DNA of 38,693 nt from Candidatus Zipacnadia bacterium. GTDB lineage: Bacteria; Armatimonadota; Zipacnadia; Zipacnadales; Zipacnadaceae. Location of the stretch: contig JALGTV010000001.1 of assembly GCA_029821215.1 (NCBI GenBank), forward strand, positions 1 to 38,693, read 5' to 3'. Made by a program: the position numbers and the translations under genes. Below are positions 21,060 to 29,132 of the stretch, in pieces. Each line of letters begins with the position of its first letter. Position 1 is the first letter of the stretch. Below the pieces are notes generated by a model. It saw nothing but the letters and a program-made list of their open reading frames with translations. It searched no databases and was not told where the DNA came from.

Positions 21060-21078
21060 GATAACGCGGGGCGTTATC
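21060..21078. promoter_or_regulatory. perfect inverted repeat upstream of the S8 peptidase gene
   Basis: GATAACGC-ggg-GCGTTATC, 8-bp arms with a 3-nt spacer, 33-51 nt upstream of the longest start of the minus-strand peptidase ORF. Could be an operator or an RNA hairpin. Function unknown. Confidence 0.3.
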
Positions 21079-21438
21079 GTACCCGCAGGCGTAATTATCG
21101 GTACAACCTTGCTTATTTGACGTATTAAGGTCCATAGTGGTTCCACCGTAGATAACCAGCACCGTACCAAAGTCAACATCGGCTGAATAATGATCCACGC
21201 GACTCTGAGCGATATCTGTTGCTTAACCGTAGGGTAACAACCCACCTATTATATCGGTAAATCATATAACCTCCCTTGCCCACTGTCAACGCGGATAAGG
21301 GTTTTATAATCTATTGGCTCTGGCTGGGGCGTAACATAATGCGGGTTAGAAGCAGGAACTGTCATAGGATGAGAGAATGGTAGAACAGAACATTACCCAA
21401 TTACTTAGGCGACGCTGATAGGTCAGATTGGGGCTCCG

Positions 21439-22359
21439 ATGATTCCCAAATGGGATGAGATTTTGGTTTGTCCTACCTGCAAAGGCCCTCTGGATAGCAA
21501 TGACCGAGGGTTTTATTGCGGCCGCTGCGCGGTGGACTATGTGGTGGAAGATGGAGTGCCCCGGATGATTGACTGGGAGATGCTTGCCGACCAGGTCCGC
21601 CAGGAGATGGTCGGGCAGGATCGACACTTCGCCTCTCTGCCTGACAAGGCGGTTTTCAAGCCAGCGCTGCATCCGGTGTATCAGCGCCAGCGGCTCCAGC
21701 GGCGGTTAGCTGATTTTCTGAAGGCGGTAGGGACGGATTTGCCGACGGGAGTTAAGGTGCATGTTGCCTGCTGTGGCAGTGGCTATGAAGCTGAAGCTTT
21801 GGCTCAGGCTGGCTATCAAGTGTCGGTCTCTGACATCTCCGCCCAAGCCCTGTGCGCTCTGGAGAAGCGAGCCAACAGCAAGGGCTACCAACTGCCGCAT
21901 CTGCAGGCAGACGTCAACAATTTGCCCTTCAGGGATGACACCTTTGCGGTGGCGGCGGTGGTGGAAGGACTGCACCACACGCCCGATCCGGTGGCGGCGT
22001 TGGGGGAACTGGTGCGGGTGGCCCAGCGGCGAGTAGTAATAATTGAGCCGTACACGGGCCGGCTGTGGGAATTGCTGGCTAAGTTGAAGTTAGCTCACCG
22101 CCAGGAGTATTCGGGTAGCGAACCCGCTCATCTGTGCAGTGAGATGTTAGCCGACATTCTCAGCCACATGGCTGGGGCCGAGCGGCAGCGAAGGTTATAC
22201 GTGGATCTGCCCCCCCAGGGAATAGCGGGGTGGTTGGGCAAATGGATGCTGTCCGCTTTCGTCCTGTTGGGCATCAGCTACTTGGCAGAAGCACTGCTGA
22301 GGCCGGCCGGGATAGGTAACAAGATTCTGTGGGTAGCCGACCTGCGGGGGAAAGACTAA
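21439..22359 (+). CDS. class I SAM-dependent methyltransferase with N-terminal Trm112-like zinc ribbon
   Basis: N-terminal CPTCKGPL...YCGRCAVDYVVEDGVPRM matches the Trm112p-like ribbon pattern. Motif I-like VHVACCGSGYEA and LPFRDDTFAVAAVVEGLHHTPDP match the Methyltransf_11 pattern. A hydrophobic helix lies near the C-terminus. Confidence 0.78.
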   Translation: MIPKWDEILVCPTCKGPLDSNDRGFYCGRCAVDYVVEDGVPRMIDWEMLADQVRQEMVGQDRHFASLPDKAVFKPALHPVYQRQRLQRRLADFLKAVGTDLPTGVKVHVACCGSGYEAEALAQAGYQVSVSDISAQALCALEKRANSKGYQLPHLQADVNNLPFRDDTFAVAAVVEGLHHTPDPVAALGELVRVAQRRVVIIEPYTGRLWELLAKLKLAHRQEYSGSEPAHLCSEMLADILSHMAGAERQRRLYVDLPPQGIAGWLGKWMLSAFVLLGISYLAEALLRPAGIGNKILWVADLRGKD

Positions 22360-22398
22360 AGTTTTTTCGCCGATTTGGCAAAAAGAAGTCAAAAAGGG

Positions 22399-22427
22399 TT
22401 GACAGAACTCTTTGGGTATGGTATACT
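22399..22427 (+). promoter_or_regulatory. near-consensus sigma70 promoter with extended -10, no ORF downstream
   Basis: TTGACA (22399-22404), exactly 17 nt, TATACT (22422-22427), with TG at 22419-22420. Confidence 0.55.
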
Positions 22428-22434
22428 GTTAATA

Positions 22435-22694
22435 GTTGTATAGGTTCAGGGTCCCATTTCTGCACATAGCAACACACGTACCGAAAGTTGCAATAGCGCC
22501 AGCAGCAAAATCAACCGCTTGATGACAGTACCAGTCGCCGCGCTATACACAGCAAAGTAAGTCCCCAGTCTATGTCTGGAATGAGTTTGGGACCCCATCC
22601 ACCCTGAGGAAATTGAAGATTATGTCCGGAGGGTGGAACATGTGGCAGCCGAGCTGTTGTCAACCCCGCCAAAACGCTCGGCTGCCTCTTTTTT
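22435..22694 (+). ncRNA. candidate structured non-coding RNA or regulatory leader, family unknown
   Basis: Bounded by the promoter above and an intrinsic terminator. No ORF exceeds 24 codons. Nested helices: 22449-22456/22588-22595, 22493-22499/22540-22546, 22510-22514/22519-22523 and 22599-22605/22630-22636. Confidence 0.35.
22644..22694 (+). terminator. intrinsic terminator
   Basis: Perfect 11-bp stem GGCAGCCGAGC (22644-22654) / GCTCGGCTGCC (22676-22686), 21-nt loop, followed by TCTTTTTT. Confidence 0.7.
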
Positions 22695-22763
22695 AGGTAT
22701 CCACAGCCGTATCTCTCAATACTCTGTGGTGCTTGCCTGTGAGTACAGCTCTGTTGTAGAGGC

Positions 22764-22792
22764 TTGCTATTTACCGGCTATGGTATTATACT
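22764..22792 (+). promoter_or_regulatory. candidate promoter of hsp20-lon
   Basis: TTGCTA (22764-22769), 17 nt, TATACT (22787-22792), 50 nt upstream of the hsp20 ATG. Confidence 0.4.
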
Positions 22793-22842
22793 TATGTGGA
22801 AGTAGGATAAGAATAGAAAGTATTGGCTAAGGAGGCCAGCGG

Positions 22843-23295
22843 ATGTGCCCGGATAGTTTGTCTATGTTGAAACAAAGAGATGCTCCTCCGCCGGGGTCCA
22901 GGCGGCGATTAGCCTCAATCTTTGTTACTCAGAGAGCGTCAATGCGTCCGGTGAACCCCGGTTTCCAGCCACCTACTGATGTGTACGAAACCGAGAATGA
23001 AGTGGTAGTGCGGCTGGAGATTGCCGGCGTAGATCCTGACCAGATAGAGTTAGTGATTGCCGATCAGAGCCGGACATTAACTGTGAGTGGCATCCGGACT
23101 GATCCCGCGGCCGGCCAGCGGCGCAAGTACTACAATATGGAAATAGAGTGTGGCAATTTCGCCCGTCGTATTCGGCTGCCGGTACCAGTCAATGATAGTG
23201 AGGCCAAGGCTCGGTACGAGGAGGGATTCTTAGTCATATCAGTATCCAAAGCTCGTCCTGATACCTCAACCCCACGCAATGTACCGGTAGAATAG
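22843..23295 (+). CDS. Hsp20/alpha-crystallin family small heat-shock protein
   Basis: 150 aa. Alpha-crystallin domain (PPTDVYETENEVVVRLEIAGVDPDQIELVI...LTVSG...GFLVISV). AAGGAGG (22829-22835) lies 7 nt before the ATG. Confidence 0.88.
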   Translation: MCPDSLSMLKQRDAPPPGSRRRLASIFVTQRASMRPVNPGFQPPTDVYETENEVVVRLEIAGVDPDQIELVIADQSRTLTVSGIRTDPAAGQRRKYYNMEIECGNFARRIRLPVPVNDSEAKARYEEGFLVISVSKARPDTSTPRNVPVE

Positions 23296-23300
23296 CCCCT

Positions 23301-25679
23301 ATGGTGACTGCTATGACGCCCCCAGATAACCCGGAAATCACGGTGCCCGAGCAACTGCCCATACTGCCGGTCAGTGATGCGGTCGTATACCCGTATATGA
23401 TGGCGCCACTGGCGGTGCGTTCTGATGACGCGCCCTTAGTTGATGCTGTGGTCTCGGGGAACCGTCTGCTGGGAGTGGTTGTACAGCTCCCTGAATCCGA
23501 CCGGAAAGAAGCAGAGGGCAGTTTGCCGCCGGGAGCAGGCCAGTTGTATGATATCGGCTGTGCGGCCATCGTACAGAAAATGCTGCAAATGCCTGATGAG
23601 AGCCGCCGGCTGCTTATTCGGGGAGTAGCCCGGATTCGGATTGAAGAGTATGTTCAGACTGAGCCCTTCCGTATTGCCCGCGTCTCGGCTATTGAGGAAA
23701 TAGAGCCAGAGGACGAGCAGGTAGAGGTATTGGCGCAGAGTCTGCTTGAGACCTTTCAGCAGATTGTGGACGCCTCGCCCGCCCTGCCCGAGGAAGCATA
23801 CTTACAGGCATTAAATGTACCCTCTCGCGCAGCCTTATGCGACTTGGTCGCCTCGGCGCTGGATATTGATATATCCACCAAGCAAAAGATCCTGGAGACT
23901 GCAAATGTGGCCGACCGGTTGTCAATAGTCAGTGGGGCGGCTCATCGGGAACTGGCCCGTCTGCAAGCAGCCCAGCGAGTTTTTTCGGAGGCACGGGAAG
24001 AAATAGAGAGAACCCAACGTGACTATTTCCTGCGCCAGCAACTCAAGGCTATTCAACGGGAGCTGGGTGAGGAGGGCGAGAGCGAGGAGATACAGCAGCT
24101 TCGCCGGCGGGTGGCGGAGGCTAACCTGACTGAGCCGGCGCGGGAGACGGCTGAGCGGGAACTGGATCGCTTGGTTCAAATGCACCCGGCAGCGGCTGAA
24201 CACAGTGTAGTGCGTAATTATCTGGAATGGATCCTGGATATACCCTGGCAGGAAAGCTCCGAGGAACACATAGATGTGCAGCAGGCCCAGGAGGTTCTGG
24301 ACAAAGACCACTATGACCTGGATGACGTCAAGGAGCGGATAGTGGAGCATCTGGCGGTGCGCCAGCTCAAACCCGACACTAAAGGACCTATCCTGTGCTT
24401 CATCGGGCCGCCGGGAGTAGGCAAAACATCGCTGGGGCGCAGTATTGCCCAGGCCACCGGCCGAGAATTCATTAGGATTTCACTGGGCGGCATCCGGGAT
24501 GAGGCGGAAATCCGCGGCCACCGCCGCACCTATGTGGGCGCCTTGCCAGGGCGAATCATTCAAGGACTGCGCACCGTCGGCACCAATAATCCGGTCTTTA
24601 TGCTGGATGAGATTGACAAGGTAGGCGCTGACTTCCGGGGTGACCCTTCTTCGGCTCTGCTGGAGGTGCTTGACCCCGAGCAGAATGATAGCTTCTCCGA
24701 TCACTACCTGGAGATCCCCTTTGACCTCTCGCGGGTGATGTTCATTACCACCGGCAATATCACCGCTACCATCCCACCAGCGCTGCTGGATCGGATGGAA
24801 GTGCTGCGCATTCCCGGGTACACTGATGAGGAGAAGATCCACATTGCCACGCGGTATCTGATCCCCCGACAGCGGGAGCAACACGGACTGAATAGCAAGC
24901 AGGTGCACATCACCACCGCCGCCTTGAGCCAGATTATCAGCGGGTACACGCGGGAAGCGGGAGTGCGTAACCTGGAGCGGCAGATTGGGGCGATATGCCG
25001 CAAAATAGCATGGCGGGTAGCTGGTGGTGAAGAAGACTTACCTTCGGTCAATGTCAACAATCTTCAGGAGTTCCTGGGGCATCCTAAGTTCTTCCGGGAG
25101 ACAGCAGAGCGCATCACTACCCCCGGGGTGGTCTGTGGATTGGCCTGGACGGAGGCCGGCGGCGAAGTGCTATTTGTGGAAGCTAACCGCATGCCGGGGA
25201 AGAAATCCCTGACCCTCACCGGGCAACTGGGAGACGTGATGCAGGAGTCGGCGCAGGCGGCCCTCAGTTGGGTGCGCAGTAATGCCCAGCAGCTGGATAT
25301 TGCTCCTGACTTCTATGAGAAAACCGACCTTCACGTGCATGTTCCCAGTGGGGCGACTCCGAAAGATGGCCCATCGGCAGGCGTGGCTATGGCAGCAGCT
25401 CTCACCTCCCTGCTGACCGGACGGCTGGCCCGCGGTAATGTGGGCATGTCCGGCGAGATAACCCTCCGGGGCAAGGTGCTGCCCGTAGGCGGCATCAAAG
25501 AAAAGGTGCTGGGTGCTAAGCGGGCCGGGCTGGACACCATCATCCTTCCCGCCCGCAATAAAGGCGATGTTTTGGATCTGGAAGAGGAGCTAATTGAAGG
25601 GCTTCATTTTATCTACGCTGAGACCATAAATGAAGTGATTGACGCTGCCCTGGAACCGGAACCGTCCGATCCCGCCTGA
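23301..25679 (+). CDS. lon: ATP-dependent protease LonA
   Basis: 792 aa with an N-terminal LON domain, Walker A GPPGVGKTS, catalytic Ser in PKDGPSAG and Lys in GGIKEKVLGAKRAG. Starts 5 nt after the hsp20 stop. Confidence 0.95.
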   Translation: MVTAMTPPDNPEITVPEQLPILPVSDAVVYPYMMAPLAVRSDDAPLVDAVVSGNRLLGVVVQLPESDRKEAEGSLPPGAGQLYDIGCAAIVQKMLQMPDESRRLLIRGVARIRIEEYVQTEPFRIARVSAIEEIEPEDEQVEVLAQSLLETFQQIVDASPALPEEAYLQALNVPSRAALCDLVASALDIDISTKQKILETANVADRLSIVSGAAHRELARLQAAQRVFSEAREEIERTQRDYFLRQQLKAIQRELGEEGESEEIQQLRRRVAEANLTEPARETAERELDRLVQMHPAAAEHSVVRNYLEWILDIPWQESSEEHIDVQQAQEVLDKDHYDLDDVKERIVEHLAVRQLKPDTKGPILCFIGPPGVGKTSLGRSIAQATGREFIRISLGGIRDEAEIRGHRRTYVGALPGRIIQGLRTVGTNNPVFMLDEIDKVGADFRGDPSSALLEVLDPEQNDSFSDHYLEIPFDLSRVMFITTGNITATIPPALLDRMEVLRIPGYTDEEKIHIATRYLIPRQREQHGLNSKQVHITTAALSQIISGYTREAGVRNLERQIGAICRKIAWRVAGGEEDLPSVNVNNLQEFLGHPKFFRETAERITTPGVVCGLAWTEAGGEVLFVEANRMPGKKSLTLTGQLGDVMQESAQAALSWVRSNAQQLDIAPDFYEKTDLHVHVPSGATPKDGPSAGVAMAAALTSLLTGRLARGNVGMSGEITLRGKVLPVGGIKEKVLGAKRAGLDTIILPARNKGDVLDLEEELIEGLHFIYAETINEVIDAALEPEPSDPA

Positions 25680-25808
25680 CATCTATCCTTCCTCTATCGC
25701 CACTGTGTGCTCAGTTCCTCAGAAGTCAGTTCCAGCCGGTAGTTGCGCACGCTGCGCCGGGCTTTCGCGAGATCACGGGAGGATTTCATATGGTTGAGCT
25801 GAGGCCGG

Positions 25809-27518
25809 TTACCAAACGATCACCGCCGACCTGGGTTGATCGGGTTCCGGCTCAGCCCTACTTAGGCCCTCCTCTCGTCCCTGGTAAAGAGGCATTACCT
25901 GGTAAAGGGTGGTGAGCCGCCTGGATTCTTCATCTGAGGGGCCTCCCGAGATAGAATCTACCCTTGTTACCGTAGGGCCATGCCAGTGCGCCCGGAAGAT
26001 CTGTTCGGGAAATTTATGATGCTTGAGTGTATCCTCAGTGATTTCATCCTTTACCGAGAACTGAATCTGGATGCGGCTGCCGGCAGCCACGTGCGGCCAT
26101 TGTAGATAGTTACCTGAGATTTTATAGTCAGTGGTGACATTATTCATATCCGCTTGTACCACGTGCGACTTCCCTGGGATACGCACTGATAGTGAACCCT
26201 CTCGCTCAGGCTGAATCACTAACTCACCAGGGAAAGGCGCGGCCACCTTGAGTCCATCACACCAGCGGTTTAGGGGCAGATGTACTACCCAACCTCCGGG
26301 CACTGACTCCACGGCCTGGCTCCAGACTAGATACAGGCCCTTTAGTCCTGACGGTCCACAGCAATTCTGTGTCACCCGTGGTTTGTTGAGGTAAATAGTG
26401 GGGTCAGCCGTCGGCTTTAGCCAGCCACGGCCAAAATAGGGGGTATGGCCAAACATATAATCCGGCCTGCTCCAACCGGCAAAGCCCCCTATCAGCCGCT
26501 TACCAACCTTATCTTCTAAAATGATATCGGTGCGAGGTGCGGGCTGGCCCCCCCGTGCCCACTGGGCCGAAGTAAATTGACTCTCAATTAGGTGATTGCG
26601 CACTATGCGATCAATTTCATCCCACAATTCTTCGTGGCCGTTAGATGCTAATAATAACATCAAATCCAGGTAGTCCATCAGACAGCAGGTCTCGCAGATG
26701 AGGCAGGGCGCCCCCACAGCTTCGGGAACGAACCCAGTAGGAAGGCTTATCTGGCGTGCAAATTGCCAGGCCCGGTAGGCCAGTTCACACCACTGACGCT
26801 TGCCGCTGGCCAACCCTACTGCCATAAGCCCTGCGGCTGTGGCCAGACGGGAATGCACATGGCCCTCGAAACTGCCATCCTCACTAAAGACTTCTTGTCG
26901 CTTCACCATTCGGCGAGTCAGGTCAATAGCCAGTTCCAAAGCCGGCTCGTAGTCCAGTAGCTCCGCTGCCCGCACCAGAGGCCGAACTAGAGGGCCCACA
27001 AAAAAGCCGATGTTGGAGGCACTATCTAACCAGCCTCCGGGGGTATACTTGGTGCCTGGGTAGTAGCGTCCATCCTCATCACTAACACTGATTGCCCGCA
27101 GTCCATCTACCATATTCCTCAACACCGTGCGTACCCTCTCACCGCCAGCGGCCATCACCCAGGAACACAGTGCGTTTAGGGTACGGCTCTGATCAAAAAG
27201 CTCAGCAACATGTTGGCTATAGGAGGTCTCAGGGCGGTAGTTTAAGCCATCGCCACTGTCAAAATACTGGATAAGCAAATCCCCCAGGCGGTCAGTAGTT
27301 GTCGGTCGGTAGCCGGTCATCACCTCGACCATAAGCGCTGATTCCAAATAGCGAGCAGTTAAGTCCCCAAAGTCCGGCCAGTCGTGGACGGCCTGAGGCG
27401 GTGTCTGGTCGAATACAATGAAGTAGGGCTGAGCGGTTATGGGGTCAACCATCTGCTGGACAAAATTGGCGTGAAGCCGTGCTCGGCCCTCAAAATCCAC
27501 ATGTCCGGAAATAATCAT
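25809..27518 (-). CDS. DUF1680/GH127-like (alpha/alpha)6 glycoside-hydrolase-like protein
   Basis: 569 aa with GGAGG 8 nt upstream of the ATG. By-eye matches to GH127 landmarks: DFGDLTARYLESA, GHVHSRLATAAGL (like GHAVRAxYL), an E-T-C-C motif (nt 26682-26693) and an N-C-C motif (CC at nt 26358-26363). These resemble the Glu/Cys3 zinc and catalytic Cys site of beta-L-arabinofuranosidase HypBA1. Not verified by search. Confidence 0.5.
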   Translation of the reverse strand: MIISGHVDFEGRARLHANFVQQMVDPITAQPYFIVFDQTPPQAVHDWPDFGDLTARYLESALMVEVMTGYRPTTTDRLGDLLIQYFDSGDGLNYRPETSYSQHVAELFDQSRTLNALCSWVMAAGGERVRTVLRNMVDGLRAISVSDEDGRYYPGTKYTPGGWLDSASNIGFFVGPLVRPLVRAAELLDYEPALELAIDLTRRMVKRQEVFSEDGSFEGHVHSRLATAAGLMAVGLASGKRQWCELAYRAWQFARQISLPTGFVPEAVGAPCLICETCCLMDYLDLMLLLASNGHEELWDEIDRIVRNHLIESQFTSAQWARGGQPAPRTDIILEDKVGKRLIGGFAGWSRPDYMFGHTPYFGRGWLKPTADPTIYLNKPRVTQNCCGPSGLKGLYLVWSQAVESVPGGWVVHLPLNRWCDGLKVAAPFPGELVIQPEREGSLSVRIPGKSHVVQADMNNVTTDYKISGNYLQWPHVAAGSRIQIQFSVKDEITEDTLKHHKFPEQIFRAHWHGPTVTRVDSISGGPSDEESRRLTTLYQVMPLYQGREEGLSRAEPEPDQPRSAVIVW

Positions 27519-27650
27519 AATTCTGTCCTCCTTCTTTCCTAACTCAAAATTGAGATTAGATGTAGCTAATAATTATTTCGTGCCAGACTCCGCATAATCC
27601 TCCCTCGGGTTAATGCCTGCGCCAGGGCAAGAGTCATAGCTGCGGCACGG

Positions 27651-29093
27651 TTAGCATTGAGGGTGTTTGACTATCGCTCCCTCGTAGAGCTGCTCGTATT
27701 TTTCGGCGGAGCGGGACCAGGAGAAATCAGAAGCAAAAGCGTTAGCCACGATCTGCCGCCAGCGGCGGGGCTTCTTAGTATAGGTCTGAATGGCTCGCTT
27801 AAGAGCCGCCAGGAGCTGGGAGGCTGAATACTCCTCAAAGATGTAGCCATTTTGAGGATGGCCGCGCCCACCACGTTCCTTGATGCTATCGGCCAAGCCG
27901 CCAGTAGCCCGCACCACGGGAATGGTCCCATAAGCCAGAGCGATCATTTGTCCCAGACCGCAGGGTTCGTAGCGGGAGGGCATCAGGAACATATCGGCCC
28001 CCGCATATATTTGTCGGGCCAAGGCAGCGCTGAATTGGATGAAGACGGAGATGTTAGGCTGGCTGGCGGCCTGACGCAACACCTGTTCATAATGCGCATC
28101 GCCGGTGCCCAGCACCACGAGCTGGGCATCGGTGATTTTGGGCAGAACTTCGGCCAGGATATCCAGACCCTTTTGAGCATCAAGCCGGGTCACCATGCCG
28201 ATGAGCGGGACTCTCTCGTCGGTAGGTAACCCCGCCTGCTGCTGGAGGGCACGCTTGCACTGGGCTTTGCCGGTGGGGTCGGTGGCATTATAATTGGCCG
28301 CGATATGCGGGTCGGTGGCCGGATTCCACACATCGTAGTCAATACCGTTGAGGATGCCCCAAATATCGTCGCGCCGCTGCTGGACCAGATGACAGATACC
28401 AGGCCCCCATTGTTCAGTAGCAATTTCGCGCGCGTATGTCTCACTGACAGTGTTAGCCATATCAGCACAGGCCAGACCGGCGCGGGCCAGATTAATCTGG
28501 TCATCGGTGACTAAATGGCAGGCACTGACAGTGTCGGCATCCAGACCGGTAACCGGAAGCATATCGGCGGGAAAGGTTCCCTGGTAAGCCTGGCCCAGAT
28601 TGTGAGCGGTGAAAACCGTGGCCGGACCGGTGTCGGCCGTGTGTAAGTAAGCAGCTATCAAGGAAGTGTGCCAGTCATTGAGATGAATTACATCCGGCTG
28701 CCAGGATAGTGAATCCCCAATGGCCAGTACAGCCCGACAAAAGAAAGATAGTCGCTCCAGATTGTCCTCATAGCTGGTCCCAGGGGGGCCGTACACATAG
28801 GGGCGGGAGAAGTAGTCGTGGTGTTCAATGAAATAGATAGGCACCGCCGAGTCGGGTAGGCGCGCTTCATCCACGGCACAGCCTGAGACCCAATCGGCTA
28901 TAGGCACCGGACAACTGGATACCACCCGCCACATCTCCTGACCCGCCTCGGTAACGCTGGTGTACTTAGGCATAATCACTCGAATATCAATGTCCCGTTG
29001 GGCCAGGGCTTTAGGCAGTGAACCGGCCACATCCGCCAGCCCACCGACCTTGGCAAAGGGAGCAACCTCAGCAGACGCCAGTAAAACCTTCAT
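27651..29093 (-). CDS. glgA: glycogen synthase (ADP-glucose type)
   Basis: 480 aa. N-terminal MKVLLASAEVAPFAKVGGLADV, the KxGGL motif. AGGAGGAG lies upstream. Confidence 0.93.
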   Translation of the reverse strand: MKVLLASAEVAPFAKVGGLADVAGSLPKALAQRDIDIRVIMPKYTSVTEAGQEMWRVVSSCPVPIADWVSGCAVDEARLPDSAVPIYFIEHHDYFSRPYVYGPPGTSYEDNLERLSFFCRAVLAIGDSLSWQPDVIHLNDWHTSLIAAYLHTADTGPATVFTAHNLGQAYQGTFPADMLPVTGLDADTVSACHLVTDDQINLARAGLACADMANTVSETYAREIATEQWGPGICHLVQQRRDDIWGILNGIDYDVWNPATDPHIAANYNATDPTGKAQCKRALQQQAGLPTDERVPLIGMVTRLDAQKGLDILAEVLPKITDAQLVVLGTGDAHYEQVLRQAASQPNISVFIQFSAALARQIYAGADMFLMPSRYEPCGLGQMIALAYGTIPVVRATGGLADSIKERGGRGHPQNGYIFEEYSASQLLAALKRAIQTYTKKPRRWRQIVANAFASDFSWSRSAEKYEQLYEGAIVKHPQC

Positions 29094-29132
29094 AGTAGTC
29101 TCCTCCTGTGGGCATGATTGTCCCTAATCTCG

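Noticed and set aside
22387-22403. CtsR-like operator AGTCAAA-AAG-GGTTGAC overlapping the -35 of the orphan promoter
   Set aside because: The first heptad matches (A/G)GTCAAA perfectly, but the second matches only 4 of 7 positions and is mostly just the TTGACA -35 element. No ctsR gene is in the window. The observation is kept only as a note for anyone mapping heat-shock regulation here.
22630-22639. AGGGTGGAAC resembles the T-box core (AGGGTGGNACCGCG)
   Set aside because: The match stops after ten nucleotides. No antiterminator that would sequester the 5' terminator strand can be drawn. No specifier-loop or Stem I features are obvious. The downstream genes are hsp20/lon, not aminoacyl-tRNA-related genes. 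The segment simply pairs with CCACCCT at 22599-22605.
22633-22830. 65-aa plus-strand ORF in the methyltransferase-hsp20 spacer
   Set aside because: It reads straight through the 11-bp terminator stem and the hsp20 promoter-like element. It has no RBS and its product is low-complexity. The region is better explained as non-coding.
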